Below, piece after piece: positions 14,967 through 30,849 of a stretch of DNA of 64,000 bases (position 1 is the first letter of the stretch; every line of letters begins with the position of its first letter). The notes beneath the pieces are model-generated. The model searched no databases. It had not been told where the DNA came from and saw only the letters and a program-made list of their open reading frames with translations. Source of the stretch: the human T2T-CHM13v2.0 reference genome, Homo sapiens; assembly GCF_009914755.1 (NCBI RefSeq), contig NC_060926.1, one strand, 5' to 3'. The position numbers were made by a program, and so were the translations under genes.

Positions 14967-16934
14967 GAATTTTCTTTTTTCATTCAACAAGTACTTTTTG
15001 AAAGTACATCTGATTCATTAAACTGTGAATTTAGTGATTACTGTCACATTGAACAGATCCAGTAAGTGATACAAGCACTTGTCCTTGATCTTCTCGATGT
15101 TTATGTCTGATGACACTCACATGTGCCCTGTTCAGGATCTTTTCACCATTTCTCAGCCTTTGCCAATCCCTTTTCAACAGTGTAGGCTCTCTGACATCCT
15201 AACAATGCCCTTTAGCTCATTTTTCAGCTTTGCAGAAGGATGTCAGCTTTCTTCCTCTTCCAAGCCTGATGTAGTGCTTCTTCTATGGAGAAGTCAATAG
15301 CCATGTATTAATTTGAAGCATATCAAGTCATCTGGCTATCAGATGTTATAGTAATCATTGCAGAGGGACAACACTTGCTTTAACAGTAGGTAAATGGTCC
15401 TTTGACTGCATGTAGTTATGTTAACTAACTACTGAGACTATAAACCTATTTAGGTGAGAAAACATGCCTTACTCACACTTGTACCAGTCACATTCAAGGC
15501 TTTGGTGGCATATAGGCTATTATAGAAATGGTGAGACAGAAGATTAAGCAGAAAAAGATAATACAGTGTGCTCTTAGTGGAAATTCCATAAGAACGGGAT
15601 GATATCTGAATCTTCCCAGGGTCTCCAGCCTCTGATCTAATCCCTGACACATAGTAGATATCCACTCTTTGATGTATACCAAAAACAAATAAATGAATTT
15701 ATGAGGCATGTGCACATAACAATGTCAAGTTACTGTAGCAAGAGCATTGTTACTTTCTTGAGAAAGTGAGAAAGTGCTCAAAATAATTGACCTTTTAGCA
15801 GAGATTTGAGGGATGAGAAAGAGGAAGAGCACCGACAACGGCCTTGCAGGAAGAGTGAGCTCCATGAGCAAAGACAAAGTGACACGAATGTCAAACAACA
15901 AAGTGGGGGCTATGGGACACCTGGCATAGCTAGAATTGAAGATGAAATGGGGGAGGCAGGAAGGAGATGCAGGAAATGCAGCCAGGGTAGAAAAGGCAGA
16001 CAATGAATTGAGAAGGAACTTACTTCTCTGCTGGCCAACTAAGAGCCAGCCACAGTTTGTTGGGGATCGGGTTGCTAATATTTGTTTGTTGTTTGCTTTG
16101 TTCATCAGTTTCTTTTTTTTAATGTAATGGTGATGGTGCTTTGGAGCATATACTGAAGATGGAAGGTGTGGGTACTAGGGACAGATACTGGATGCAATTT
16201 GCAATTTTGTGGGCAGCAAATAATGAGAACCAGCACAAGCTAGAAAGCAGGGACCTGATATGAAAGGCATATCTAAAATTGGATCAAGTATACTTAAAGA
16301 AAAATTGAACACAGTAGAGAGAAGGATGACTTTTAGCTTTTTAACTTGGAAGACCTCATGGATGGAGAATGGAGTGACTAAGTCCTGAGGTCTGTCTCAC
16401 TCTGACAGCCTAGTGTCAAATGCAGGCTCTACAAGTTACAAGATATATGACCTAGGGAAAGAAGCCATGTGAGCTCCATGTGCTTTAACTTCCTCACCTG
16501 TCATATGGGGCTAATGATAGCAATCATTTCAAAGAAGTATTATGAGGACTGAGTAAAACAATCTTATTTAGCATGGTTCCTGACAAATACAAATTTCCTG
16601 TTCCATGTTAGCTGCTGTTTAAATAGACAGAGGATGTGTAGAAAGAGGAGGAGATTTAGTAGTTGGACTTCAGTCTAGTTTGGGGCACAGTATTTGCCTG
16701 GAAAGTTTCCCACTGTGCAGAATTAGCTGGAAAACTCTGGAGGGAGGTCCATAGGGAATATCAGAATCAGTGGGTGTATAGTTGCTGAAGCCTTTTGAGT
16801 AGATGAAGTCAATCAGGTGTGGTAGGCCAAGTGTGGGACCTTGAAAGTAAAATATTTTAAGAGACTCAAGAAGAGATACAATCAAGAAGGAATGATAGCC
16901 AAAACATATAAATAAAGTACTACGGAAAGTGTAA

Positions 16935-17318
<384 letters not shown>

Positions 17319-17786
17319 GAATACTCTTTCATCATAATGATTGGTAATTGTTAAACGACTGGATAGATGTTTAAGGAGAAGATGGAAAAAAAGCACAATA
17401 AGGGGGAAAAATGAAATAAGCAAACCAATAAAATTCAACCTGAGGAAGCTAATTCAAAAAAAGAAAGAAAGAAATCAGTAATTTTCTGTCGGCAGCCTAA
17501 GACTGTGGCAGTATTGGAATGCACTGGAATTTGCTGATCCAAGAGAATTTGTTTGTTGATGAGTATCCCAGATTTTGTCAGGATCTAGGTGATTCAAAAG
17601 CATTCACTGCTGTTGAGAGGATTTCATTCTCCTTCAGGAGAAAAAACTCCAACCTCCTTGAATCCGTTAATGAACAGTGAATGCACTGTGCAATTGAGTG
17701 CACAGGACTGCCTGTAAGGGGGAATGCTTCTTCTGGGAGGGAGAGATCTGAGCAGGCTGAACTGGATGTGAGAAAGTCTTCTTAAA

Positions 17787-17984
17787 AGGAAACAGCAGAC
17801 ACTGGGGTCTACCTGAGGGTGGTGGGGTGGGAGGAGTGAGAGAAGCAGAAAAGATGAGTATTGGTTACTGGGCTTAATACCTGAGTGATGAAATAATCTA
17901 TACAACAAACCCCCATGACACGTGTTTACCTATGGAACAAACCTGCATGTGTACCCCCAAACCGAAAATAAAATTTAAAAAGGA
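17787..17984 (+). mobile_element. Short 5'-truncated L1 (old L1PA/L1PB-type) 3' end
   Basis: L1 3'UTR motifs and a perfect 16-bp TSD agaaagtcttcttaaa at 17771-17786 and 17985-18000. Confidence 0.88.
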
Positions 17985-20900
17985 AGAAAGTCTTCTTAAA
18001 GAAGAGATTGGACCTGGGCATAAAGGCTGGACTTGGGGAGTCAGATAGGTGTCAGGAGGATGTTTTTCAAGGGTGGATATTAAAATAAGAACCAAAAATA
18101 AGGATGAGCACAGGGGATGTTTGGGGTTCACCCAGTGCTCTAGCCTAAGGGGAAAGGAATGGACATTTGTTGAGCCCTATGTAAGTGCCGTATGCTTTAC
18201 TCAGTGGTGAATACATGTCATCTCACATTCTCAGCTCTAGCCCTGTTAGACTCCGGCGGCTCTTCAAACAACTAGACCTTCAGATTTGCACATCTCTTGG
18301 CCACAAAGACTTCTTACCACTGTCTTTTCCTGAAGAAAATCTGTCAACTGTTGCAAGAAATCTGAGCGGACCTTTTGCAGCTATTACTTCTTTTTGCTCC
18401 TTTAGCATTCTCTCACATAGCACTTATTCTACCGTATAAAAATTGTCTGCTTCTTGTTTTTCCTTGCAAACTGCCACTTTTCTATGCATTTCTCCTTGCA
18501 TATTTGGCACCTAGTTACACATAGTAGACAATCACTGAATGTAAACATTCTTTTATGGCCAAAATGCTTAAAGCCACAGAACCGGTGGAGTTTGACCTTA
18601 GTTCTAGATGGCTTGAAAACACTTTCTCTTCACATTACAACATCTTAAGTGCATTGAAGAGCACTCTTAAATATTTTATGGAACACAGAAGGATTTAAAA
18701 GCAAAACTAATCCAAAGACTTCTTATCAGAGAAAGGAAGGAATGCAGGGTGTATATTCACCTTGGATTGATTTTCTTCCTTTTGAATACATCTCAGTGAT
18801 TTGAGAGTTTCCCTCAGTCATATCCTACATGTCAATTGGTTCCATTTCTTCTTTCCTTCCTCTTTATCTATGTCTTTCTCTCCATCTTCCTCCAACCCCT
18901 TGTTAATTGAGGATACAGTAAAGCCAACTTCAAATATTTACACTGGGTTGATAAAGAGCAAGAAATGTAATCACAAGTTTTAGCTTTGTTCCAAACCCCT
19001 ACAAGCAACAAAAGATTCCAAAATGTAAGTGAAGATAATTAACTGAATATAATTTAATTGCTGATGTTGCTTCCATTGGAGAATCATTGATATTTACTTT
19101 GAATACCAAGCAAGAAAAATTAGCACCTATTTTTAATGTATTTCAATCAACAGAAGATTAATTGCCAGAAAAATACAAAGCTCTAGTATGTCCCATGAGT
19201 AAGAAGTTATCTGGAATATACATACATAAAAAACTCAATATATGAAGACACAGTTTTCATTTGTGCCTCCACTTTGAATCCAGACAGATGGAGGTTATCA
19301 ATAGCTCTCTGGTATCAGACAAATTATTTAACTTCTTTCAGCCTTGGTTGTTTTTGGTCTCTAAAATAACAGTAACTCCTTTACACAATTGTTATGTGGA
19401 TTAAAGGCAAGAAACAGACAACATCTAGCACAATATTTGAAATTTGGCATTTCCAGGTTAAATGGTATCTATTACATATATATAAAGTTATTGCCATAAA
19501 AGTTTAGAAATACTTTTTCATATAAGAGACATCCTTTCTATGCTGCTAGGTCATATGGCTGTTTTCTACTATGGATTTCTACTATACATTTTTTATACTA
19601 TAGACTACCAAATAGAGGTTAGGTTTTGGCATAGGTGTTGCCATCAGTAGAAAAACCAAGAGGCAAAACGTCACCAGTAGAACCCCGGTGGCAGGTTGCG
19701 GGGGGGACGGGGGATACTCCTGCATGAGTCAGATCCTCTCTGCCACAAATGACCTTAGGCAAGTCACTTACTTTTTGTGATCCATGATTCCTCATGAATA
19801 CTGTGTGGATTATACGTGGATTATACATGGTCACTAAGGAAAACTGTTTTGATTTGCTCTAGCAGCATGACTCAGAATAAGAATGTGATATAATCTCACT
19901 CAATAGTTTCTATTTCTTATCTTAGCCATTTTATAATATTCTAGCCTAAAATAACAATTACATAAACCACATAGTCCACATCTTGTCTATAGAAAGCACT
20001 AAGTATTAATTTACACTGTTACCTCAAATAGGCTTTTAAAATAAAACAGGTTAAAACATGAGGAATGTTCTGCAAGCATCACAGCTCTTTCAGCTTCCCC
20101 TTGAAGTATTTGGTATAGTTTAATTACTTGGGTTTTCATTTGGAATGAGTCAACTCAAACAGTAATAAGAGTAGTGAGCAATAATAAAACGAAGGCATCA
20201 TGTGATTGTTCAGTATAATTTATCAGTATTTTTTAAAACTATGACTGACTTGACTAAGTTGTCATGAAATGAAGGAATTTCCAGTGTGTTCATTCCGATT
20301 CATGCAAATATATTTTGACTATGTAATTCAGAGACAAAAGTCAGAATACATTTCCCTAGTCATTAAAATTCTATAACACAATAACACTGTGACTTATGTA
20401 TAGCAAGTTATTTCAGCAATGTGAGCCTCATTTGTGCCATATTCAAGGGAAAATAATAGAATCTGCCCCTCAGTGCTGTTGGGATAAATTCATGAATCAA
20501 TGGGCGTGAAATCTCTCTGACAAGTATGATCATAACCCTTTCTTATAGATTTCTTCTCATGTATTTACATCATTTTTTTCCCACTGCAACCTTGATGAGG
20601 GACGAGGCAAGTACGCTTTAATGTACAGAGGAAAGTCATGAGATGTACAATGGTTTAATATGGAGAGCCCAAGGACATTCAGGTACAACAGCCCAGCAGG
20701 ACACAAGCCTGAATATTGTGACTCTTTCCAAGATTCTTCAGATATATCATGCTCTAGACAAGGTCAGTTGTTAGGGAAAATCCAGGGTTCTTTTAAAATA
20801 TAGTTTCTGTTGTTTCCTAAAAGTGACTTTGATTATATCATTGCCCAACTTCAAATTCTTTAGTGGCTCTCTATAATCTTATTGAAGAAAACCCTTTACT

Positions 20901-21642
20901 ATTTGATCTCAGTAAGTGAGGCCTTTCATTATTTGGAACGCTCTTGGGTCACAAACCATTTTCAGTCATGGCCCTGTATGTGTCCACTTTATAGCAGTTG
21001 TGATCCACTATTCATTCCCTGAGCATGTTCCGTTTTTCTTATCTTTCCAGTATTTTGGCCTTGAAGTTATTTCTCCTGGAATGTTCTTCCTGACTTGTTT
21101 TCCAAATAATTGTCTATTCTCTATTCTACTCTATGCTCTGCTCTAGTATCACCTCCACGTATACAGGTGGCTGCAATAATTGACTTTTGATCTTTCTCTG
21201 GCATTAGGTTGAGCTCCTTGAGGTCATGCACTTTGGCTTTTCTTGTTTTTTGAATGTGTTCCCAACTCCTAAACCAGGTCTGGAATATTACTCTTGCAAA
21301 ATAGGTATTGAGAGAATGGAGTTCTAATTTTCAAATTGTTGGCACTACCTTGAAATATACTTATATCCATTCCTTATTGAGGGAAGGTGAAAGATAGCAA
21401 ATCAGATAACAGGCCACAACCTCCGTTAGGCTTTCCCTTTTAGCAATCAGGTAGGAAAACTTCCCATTTTTAATTTGATGGAAGAATTGAGGATCCTGCT
21501 TTTTATTTAAAGAGTATTTCTTAAAGATCCTCACACTACGTCCCCATTTGCTCTCAAACTAGCTTGTAAATGATTCTTCACTTGGCATAGCTGTAGTTCC
21601 AGATTTTAAGATATTAGCATAAATAGGATTTTTGGATGGCTG

Positions 21643-21677
21643 TATATATCTATATCTATATCTATATCTATATATAT
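21643..21677. repeat. (TATATC)n/(TA)n microsatellite
   Basis: Direct reading. Confidence 0.9.
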
Positions 21678-23451
21678 GTGCAGAAAACATGAAAAGGAGA
21701 TAAAATTTTCCATTGTCATAGCGGGACATGCAACTGAGTTTATTAGTCTGTTAACGGAGGAGTTGTCAAAGTCAGTTTTCAGTGGCACAGATTTCCTGCT
21801 GGCAGCTAATGTGATGATGAAGACCCTGGCAATCATTCCCTTGTTCCTGTCTGCTTGATTTTGCTGCCGTGATGCCTGGAAGAGGGAGCTAATATTTCTG
21901 TCTGCTAACATTTTATTTCATTACTGCATGTTTACTAAATGGGCATTCAATGGAATAACTGTTACATAACATATGCAGATTAGGGATACCTGCAGCTCAC
22001 AGGCCATCAGAGGAGAAGCTGGGCTCTCTGGCTTCTACTTTAACAGAAGTCTTCCATCTAATGACATCACTGGGGGAATAGTCAAAACTACAGAAAACAA
22101 ACCCGTTCTGTATTTGGTTTTGTGTTTAATGGCAATGCAGTATGAAAAAGGAATTGTTTTTGAAGATTAGGCTGCCCTGGGTTAAATTCCAGGCTCTAAC
22201 AATTACTAATTGAGTGACCTGTGGGAAATTATTCACCTTCTCAGAACGTTAGTTCTCTCATCTCTAAATATAGGGATAGTGATATCTATGTCTTAAAATT
22301 TTTTAATAAATAAGAGATTATGCTTAGAGTGGTGGATGCAGTGCCTATATAGGAAGTGCCTGATTAAGTTTACTTATTTTACTTCGTCAGTCCTCTACAC
22401 TTCTACATTTTCTGGCCATCTGTGCGTAGCTTTTGGACTAGTAGCAAGTTCTGATTTCTATGTTTGGAAGGGACTTTTAAGTGCAAGTATGTTTTCTTGC
22501 AGACTTCTTCAAATCGATGCTCTAGAAACGGACTGATAAATACCTCCTGTTATCACTGTAGTTCTCCAGTAGCTATAAGATTTATTTCTTTTAGGTAGTA
22601 AAATGTACCTTCTAACTTTCCTTAGTTAGTTTTATTTTGGCTCTCAATGATCCTACTATGGACTTGCCATTTTTTCCGCAGCACTATCATCACGTCTCAG
22701 TCGCTTGACATGAAGTACACTGGTGGGCTCCATAGCTCCTGAAATCACTGGATTCAGAACATACCTAGGAACAATCAGAGTGAGAAATTGCCTTTACTTA
22801 TTTTAATTAGCATGTAGTTTACTTATCATTACATTATAATACATCCCTAAATCAGTGAAAGTAGCTGATTCCACAGTTTATTTTGGCTGTTGTTATGACA
22901 TAATTTCATTGAGATATTTATTTTTATTCAACACCAATTCTTGTACATCTCTCCTATTTTGGGGTCACCCATTCATGCAACACACATTTGTATCAGGCAT
23001 ATATAAATATCTATTCAGGGTTCAACAGTCAACCAAATATTGTGGGTGACACTTGTGCAATTGAAGGTCTGCTTCCTGTTCTCAAGGACTTTAAAATTAG
23101 CAGGAATGTGGGCAGAAGGGAGATGGGTTATATACTAAGAAAATAATGCAAGATTGTACATGGTCAGAAGCTAAATTGAATATAGGAAATGGCCAAAATA
23201 TAGGCACCAAACAAGGAGAAGGAGATGAGCCGTAAAGGGAAGGGATGCTGGATAATGCTGGACTTGAGCCAAACCCTGTGGCATACATGGGATCTGCACA
23301 GACAGAGAATATGACAGAGGGTCAAGAATCAAGGCTGACATTAACTTGGTTGGAGTTGGGGTCAGAGGGATATGGACTTGAATAGTTCGGGGATTCTTAT
23401 TAATGGAGAGAAATAATGATGATAGACAAAACTGGTATCAGCCAGAGTTCA

Positions 23452-24312
<861 letters not shown>

Positions 24313-25236
24313 GAGACAACAGCATCTTTGATGTGGACAGCTTTTTCCCAGGATCATAGATCAAGACTTCTCTATTATCATGACACTCTTTGTTTTTCAA
24401 TTTTTTTTTCTTTGCTTATGCCTCTATGAAAGATAGAAGTGACAAGGGAGTCTGTTGTGCACACTCAAGGGATACATTTTTATTTGTGAAAGATTTTTCA
24501 GCTAGCTTTAAACATGCATAACCTTATACCTTGATAGATGGGAGATGAAGGGCCAGTGTGGGTGAGAAAATTTTATGGTACATATGTTGCCTCATAATCA
24601 GTCAGAAACAGACATTGTTTTACTCCTCTTAACATATGTAATGGATCAAAAATAATGCTGCCAGGAGGTCTTCGCTCTTCTAGAATGGCATCATTTGTTA
24701 GGTCCTTTTTACCATGATTTGGAGTAAATGAGGCAATGATTAGAAATTCATTCCTCATGATAGGCTCTATAGTAGATTCTATTGTAAAGGATATGGTTAC
24801 ACAAAATATTTTATATTCTCCCATAAAAGTTATGCTAAATAATAGAATTGCTCTAAATTACTTACTTACTGGATAAACAGAAAAGTATCTGTGCAGCTGC
24901 TGGAACTTCTTGTTGTCCATGGAGAAATACATCACATCAGGTATTATAGAGATTCAGTTGCAGGAGATTAACGTAGAGACTGCTTAGCTAAAACAAGTAG
25001 ACTCTTCATCTAGCTCATTCTTTGATCTATTTTATCTTAGTTGGTTTGGTTTATGGGGACCCTCCAAACTCTTGGTATTATCCCCCGATAGTCATAATAG
25101 TAGTCTCCCTGGTGCACTGTATTTTTTCAAAAGTTTTAAATGTTTGCATGCAGCCTTCTCTAGAATGTGAAATGATCTGTCTTCAACTGGGATGACAAGA
25201 GCTGAAAAAAATGAGTGATCGTGAGGGCACCATAAC

Positions 25237-25736
25237 CTGTGAATAACATGCTGAGACCAGAAACCCTAAATGATGGTCACTGAGAGTGGTGCTAAGGCCC
25301 TAAGTTTTGGTCACACTCTCACCTAAGTGAGAAAATGACCAAAAGGAGGGAGTTTTTAAGCAAAATAATGGGAAGCAATTGTTTTGGACTGAGTTCATGC
25401 ACTAGGTTCCAACAGACCAGACCAAACCAAAGTGTAGTCACTTATACTAAATGTGACATAATCAAACTAAGACTTTAAGGAAATACATAGATCCTAGAAC
25501 AGGCCAGGTTTTGTTCTTTGTTTGTTTGTTTGTTCCATCATAAGGAGGCACCCTCTACTCTAACTTTCACAGAAAATAACCTGAAATCCTGTCCCCACCT
25601 TACAAAACTCACTATTCTGCTATTTCCCAGTGGGTTTCAAGACTAAATAAGTACATTGACAATGGTGACAATGACATCAATGACTAAAGTTCTGGTCAGT
25701 CTCTCAAAATTGAGAGGATAACCAAAAGCGGGGAAT
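25237..25736 (+). mobile_element. ERV1 (MER57/MER4-group) internal 3' fragment ending in a polypurine tract
   Basis: PPT-like aaaagcggggaa directly before the LTR TG. Left boundary is approximate. Confidence 0.6.
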
Positions 25737-26102
25737 TGTTAAATCAAGTTTAGCCTAAAGCTGCCTCTTTACATATTTTAAGTTCAGCCTAAAGGCTTCT
25801 CTGTAAGTTGTCAACTATAACCTAAACAGAGTTGTAAACAGACTGTAGCTACTCACTGAGTTTTGGCCAATCAAAGGTGGTCAACTGTTCAAACCATGTT
25901 CAAATAAGGCAGATGCCAAGCTGTAACCAATTTGGTTGTTTCTGTACCTCACTTCCACTTTCTGTCCACATATTTTCTTCTACCACGTGGCTGCACTGGT
26001 GTCTCTGAGACAAGTCTGACTCAGGAAGCTGCAAAATTCACGAATCGTTCTTTGCTCAATTAAACACTTAAATGTAATTTGGCTACAGTTTTTCTTTTAA
26101 CA
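25737..26102 (+). mobile_element. MER57-type LTR (ERV1)
   Basis: TGTTAAA...TTTAACA termini. Matches recalled MER57A consensus (gtttagcctaaagctgcctc; ttggccaatcaaagg). Confidence 0.8.
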
Positions 26103-29100
26103 AGTGCTTGGCCCCCTCCTCCTTACAGCCTCCACAATGCATAACAGTTACGTTTGGTCATGATGCCCAGAAGGGTGCAGTCTCCGTCTCTCTCTCTCAG
26201 CTGTCCATCCCCATCTCTCAATATCTGTTTATATAGACCTATGCATGTGTGTATCTGTTCGCCTTAACAAGGTGAGAGGACAAAACCTATGCATATGGAG
26301 TGATTTGCATGACAGTACTTGATTCTTTGCTGAATGATAAAATAGATATAAAGGAGAAGTTCAGAACAATATGGGATGTCCTAAGTTTGGGGAATCTTTA
26401 TACAGGGAGTGAGGAGAAGCGAGGCCTTACAGGATGCAGGTATTTGCATAATGTGTGGAGCACAGGGGGAACGGGAGTCATTGGAAGTAGAGGGAATGCC
26501 TGGCTCCTCAAAGGCTCTCACTGAAGGATTATAGAATGTGATGGATATGATAGGGAAGAGCACAGATCGTGGGCTTGGGGCCAATGAGGAAGCCAGGGGA
26601 ATAGGTGGATCACAATGAAGTATCTGCTGGAGAGGCGGTAGGAAACAAGGCTGGAAGTCACTAACCCTTGGAGAGAGAATATCCTGTTTTATGCTTTCAA
26701 ATTCTTCAAAATTCTTCTCTGAACATGAGTCTTTATTAGCAAAGATCATTTCAGGTTTCTTAATTTTAAATTAAAATCATGCCAAGGTGGGAATAAAAGT
26801 GAAACAGGGAAAAAAGTAAAAGTTGAAATAATGCCTTTGTAATAGTCTCTAGTCTCCTCATTTTTCTTTCTTTAAAAAGTCCAATCCTCTAATTAGAAGA
26901 CAAAGAATAAAAGTGAGTGCATAGATTCCCTTATGTGATTCTTCTACTAAGAAATCAAAGCTCTTTCATTTTCAATTTTCTAGCACGACAACATAAAACA
27001 ATCTCATTAAGGACTTTGTCGAATATTGGTAAAGGTTAGACAGAGTTCAGGCGGCAGGGACTGAGAAAAAGTGTTTGAGAGTTTGAGCAAAAATTGGAAA
27101 ACTTCAGATTTAAGTTTTCAGGAAGCTGAAATGGAACAAAAAGAGAAAGCCCACAGGTAATGATCAGTCAAGAGACCCTCCCTTATACCCAAAGACCTAG
27201 CCAGCACAGAGATGAACCAGTGTCCTGAAATGCAAACTTAATAGGAAGAAATGTGAGGTGAAGCCCGTTGAGATCCCAGCCTGCTGAGGAAAGAAATCCT
27301 ATTGTATATGCACATGACGCATCCCCAGGAAGAGAAAGACTACCTGCATTACACCATTCTCCAAAAGCGGCCGTCATATTGCAGTGTCGATGGTACCTCA
27401 GGGAACCTATTCTCAAGTCAAAGACAGAGGAACATTCTTAAGCTGGTGCTGTTTCACAAACACGGAGGCAGGGGCTTAGAGTAGGAGTTTAAATTACTTA
27501 TTAAAACAGATGGTGAAATCTCTCTCTACTTTAAATCTGCGTTAAAATGAATCTTGAAAGACTGAAATCCAAGTGATCTGGAAAGACTACAAATGGAAGT
27601 TGCTGTGTAAATCTGGTGAACTTTTCAGTGTAAAGCGATTCCATGCCATTTAGCAGGAGCTTGATTTCTTTGGATCGGAAGGCCTCGGTGGCTGTGTCTC
27701 GTGTCTGTCATTTTGCAGGCATGTGGTTGGGAATTGGATGGCACAGGCAGGCACAAAGCAGCCTCATCGGACAGTATTCAAGTGGCAGTAGTTGTTGCTC
27801 ACCTGGCTTTACTCACTCCAGAAACCAGGATTTGACTCAAAGAGGCAGCTGATTTCCCCTGTCAATTGTCTGTTTATAATAGTTTCTGAAAAGAGATTGA
27901 ACTCAAGATTTCTGATAAGGACAAAAATAAAAATAAAAAAGCAAACTCAGAGCCTAGAAGTCAAAAGGCAGGATAAAGATCCCTGGACACTAAGCAAACT
28001 CTAAATCAAGAGTCCAGGGCTCCTGCCTACCTGGGCTAGCAGCTGGGACACATCCCTGCAAAAGGGGGCTGCCAGCTTGTCTGGATGACCTTGGAAATGA
28101 TCCAGTTCTGATGGCCTGCTCAGGCTCTGTGCACTGAGCTGGGGCAGACCAAGTTTCAAAGGGCTCAAAATTTATATAATCCATGAAAGTTTTTTTTTCC
28201 TAAATTATTTTTGGAATGAGAAAAGAAGTCACTACAAATTACTAACATTTTAGGAAAAAGACAATACCACAGATATTTGCAAATTTTAGAACAACATAAT
28301 GTTTTAATTAACTTCTTGACACAATTTTATAACACTTTTATTTCCTTACAACTTTTGCCTAGTGTTTGATTGCTTCCTTATATGATGATTTTGTTTAAAA
28401 AATTGCAGAAAATAAATAAGTAATTCAGTTTTTCCTCTAGTATGGTTGATAAAATCATTTCTTAAAAAATTATATTCATAATTTAAAAAAGGCTTTTTTT
28501 TCCAGCTTGACACCTCATTATTGGTGATGCCACATAAACTTTTATAACTGTGATTGAATTGGGGATATCCATGTGAAGTTCCATAGATTAGATAGTAAGA
28601 TTTATTAGAATTTCCACAGACCAGCTTCTGCTTCTGTACATTTCACACCTTGCTTCCCTACACGACCTACACTCTTCCATTGCTGGTGCTACAGGAGACA
28701 TCTCTAGGGAGACATGACCTCTGGCCCTGCACCATTTTTCTCTGATGCTGGATGACTTTGCATAGCAAGGAGCAGGAATACTCAGGGAAGCAACTCCTCA
28801 AATGCAATGGCTAACAATCCATGTACATAGCCGGGAACGATATGGTTATATGCTACCAATGTAAACTAAATATGTATCCACAGCATCATTTCCCCTCACT
28901 GGATCTTAAAAGTTTCTGTGGCCTCTCCAATGCCACCTGGCTTGAGAAGTGTAACAGTGGGAAGGGCAGGGGAAAGAGACAGTAGTATTAACCCATTGCA
29001 GTTCAATATTTTGTTTTTACTGATTGCCATTAAAATAACTTTTGTGAAGTTTAATAGCTTTATAATGTGTCAACACAATTTGACTGAACTAAATTCCAAA

Positions 29101-30849
29101 GCATTTCCTTTCCTGTATATTTCGACTTAGGGGAAAACCACAGGAAAGATACTTTTGGGAGGTTTGGAAGGGGGAAGGGAGGCTGCAGTCCTTATGTGTT
29201 TCACATCCACTACATCCACTGTTGCTGGCTTTTTGACTCATCTCACTGGTGAGGCAGTGTCTGGGCCTGGAACTGCTCCACCTTCCTCTGGATCCTGCTT
29301 CAGCATCTCTACCTTCTGGGTCAGGTGTGTGTGTTTAGCTCTGTGACAAAGCCCCCCAGCTTTTCCAGAATACTCACATCACCAAGGTCAATGACAACAG
29401 GAAGTTCCATGGGTTGCAGTCTGTCTTCCTGGCCCCAGCATGTCCTCATGGGTTTCAATTTAACCTAGCTCCCGCACCTCCTCACATCCACCTTCTCCTC
29501 TCCACTGTGGTCTTCAAACTCCAGCATCTGATGAGAAGACAACAGCTTTCCAGAGATCACTTCACCTGCTCCCACAATAGCATCAGGTCAAATCCTTATA
29601 ATAAATACAGGTATACCTCCAAACAGCCTACTTCTCTGACAGCCTACACACACCAGCCCTTACTGACACACATAGTTTACAAAATGCATAATGTTGTAAA
29701 CACATTGCTCGGGTTTTGCAAGAAGATCTTGAAGCTGCAGCTTCCGGAGCTTTAAAATAAATTCATCTCTAGCCCAGAGCTTTCTGCCTCGGTTTTCCTG
29801 CTGGTGGTCATGAAGTTTCATGACAATTAGTATTCTCTCATCACTGTGGTGATAAGGAACTTAACTATAAGCATGATCTAGTAGGAAGAATTACAACGTG
29901 ATTTGTATTTAATCTGGAAATGGGTATCTCATATTGCATTAACATAAAATGTCCTGGGTAACAGAAGTAAATATCCTCTAAGTGTAGCTCATGGCATATT
30001 TGTTCATCTTTTCCTCAAACCTCATGTGAACTGCACAAGCTAAAGGACACAGATTTTTCATCGTAAAATATCCTTCTCACAGCTTGAAAAATAGACATTC
30101 ACCAATTCACACAGAAAGACCACTCTTTAATGGTATGCAAATGCAAAAATGTTTATTATATTACCACCATGGCCTCTGCACAAAGAATTCTGGACTCGTT
30201 AAAACAATGACAGTGAAATATAGACAAATAAATACTGTATAATTATTTCCAAGGATGCCTTCAAATAACTTCCACTAGGATAGCCCTTATTACTCTGTCT
30301 AGTTGAAACCAGTTTTGAACACTTATGACCACAATATAACTGTTTTATGAGTTTTTTGTTTTCCGCATTTAGAGGCGAAAGCATGGAGCGTAGAGTCAAG
30401 AACAAACATCAGATTTACAGATAGAGCCCTTACTAATGGGGGTGGCTTTGGGGAAAGCTCTCACATTGTATGAGCTCATTTGCATTATTCATAAATAGGA
30501 ATACTTGTTAGCAGGCTCTTTCCCCAGAAGGCTTCAGGAACCGTGCTTAAGTTTAGGGAGCAAGCATGTAGGCTAAGGTGGTAAATGACCCTAACCTGTC
30601 AGTGGCTTAGCAAAGGAAAAGTTTCTGTTTTTCTCACTCACACTGCAGGATGGCTGGTACATGAAGCTGTACAGGGGCTCAATCAGCTTCTATGTTATCA
30701 CTCCATTTCCTTTCAGGTCCTGGGGAGGCTCTTTTCAGCTGATAGAGAGAGAAGAAAATGAGAATCACATGGGAAGTTCTAAGGGTTATGCCTGAAAGTG
30801 GGGCACGTGTCTCACTCAGTTTTTACTTGAGCAACACTAAACTACCCTT

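Noticed and set aside
28139-29770. Possible old hAT transposon interrupted by an ERVL/MaLR LTR
   Set aside because: Too degenerate to name or delimit without a consensus search. The same applies to many MIR, L2 and MLT relics not listed.
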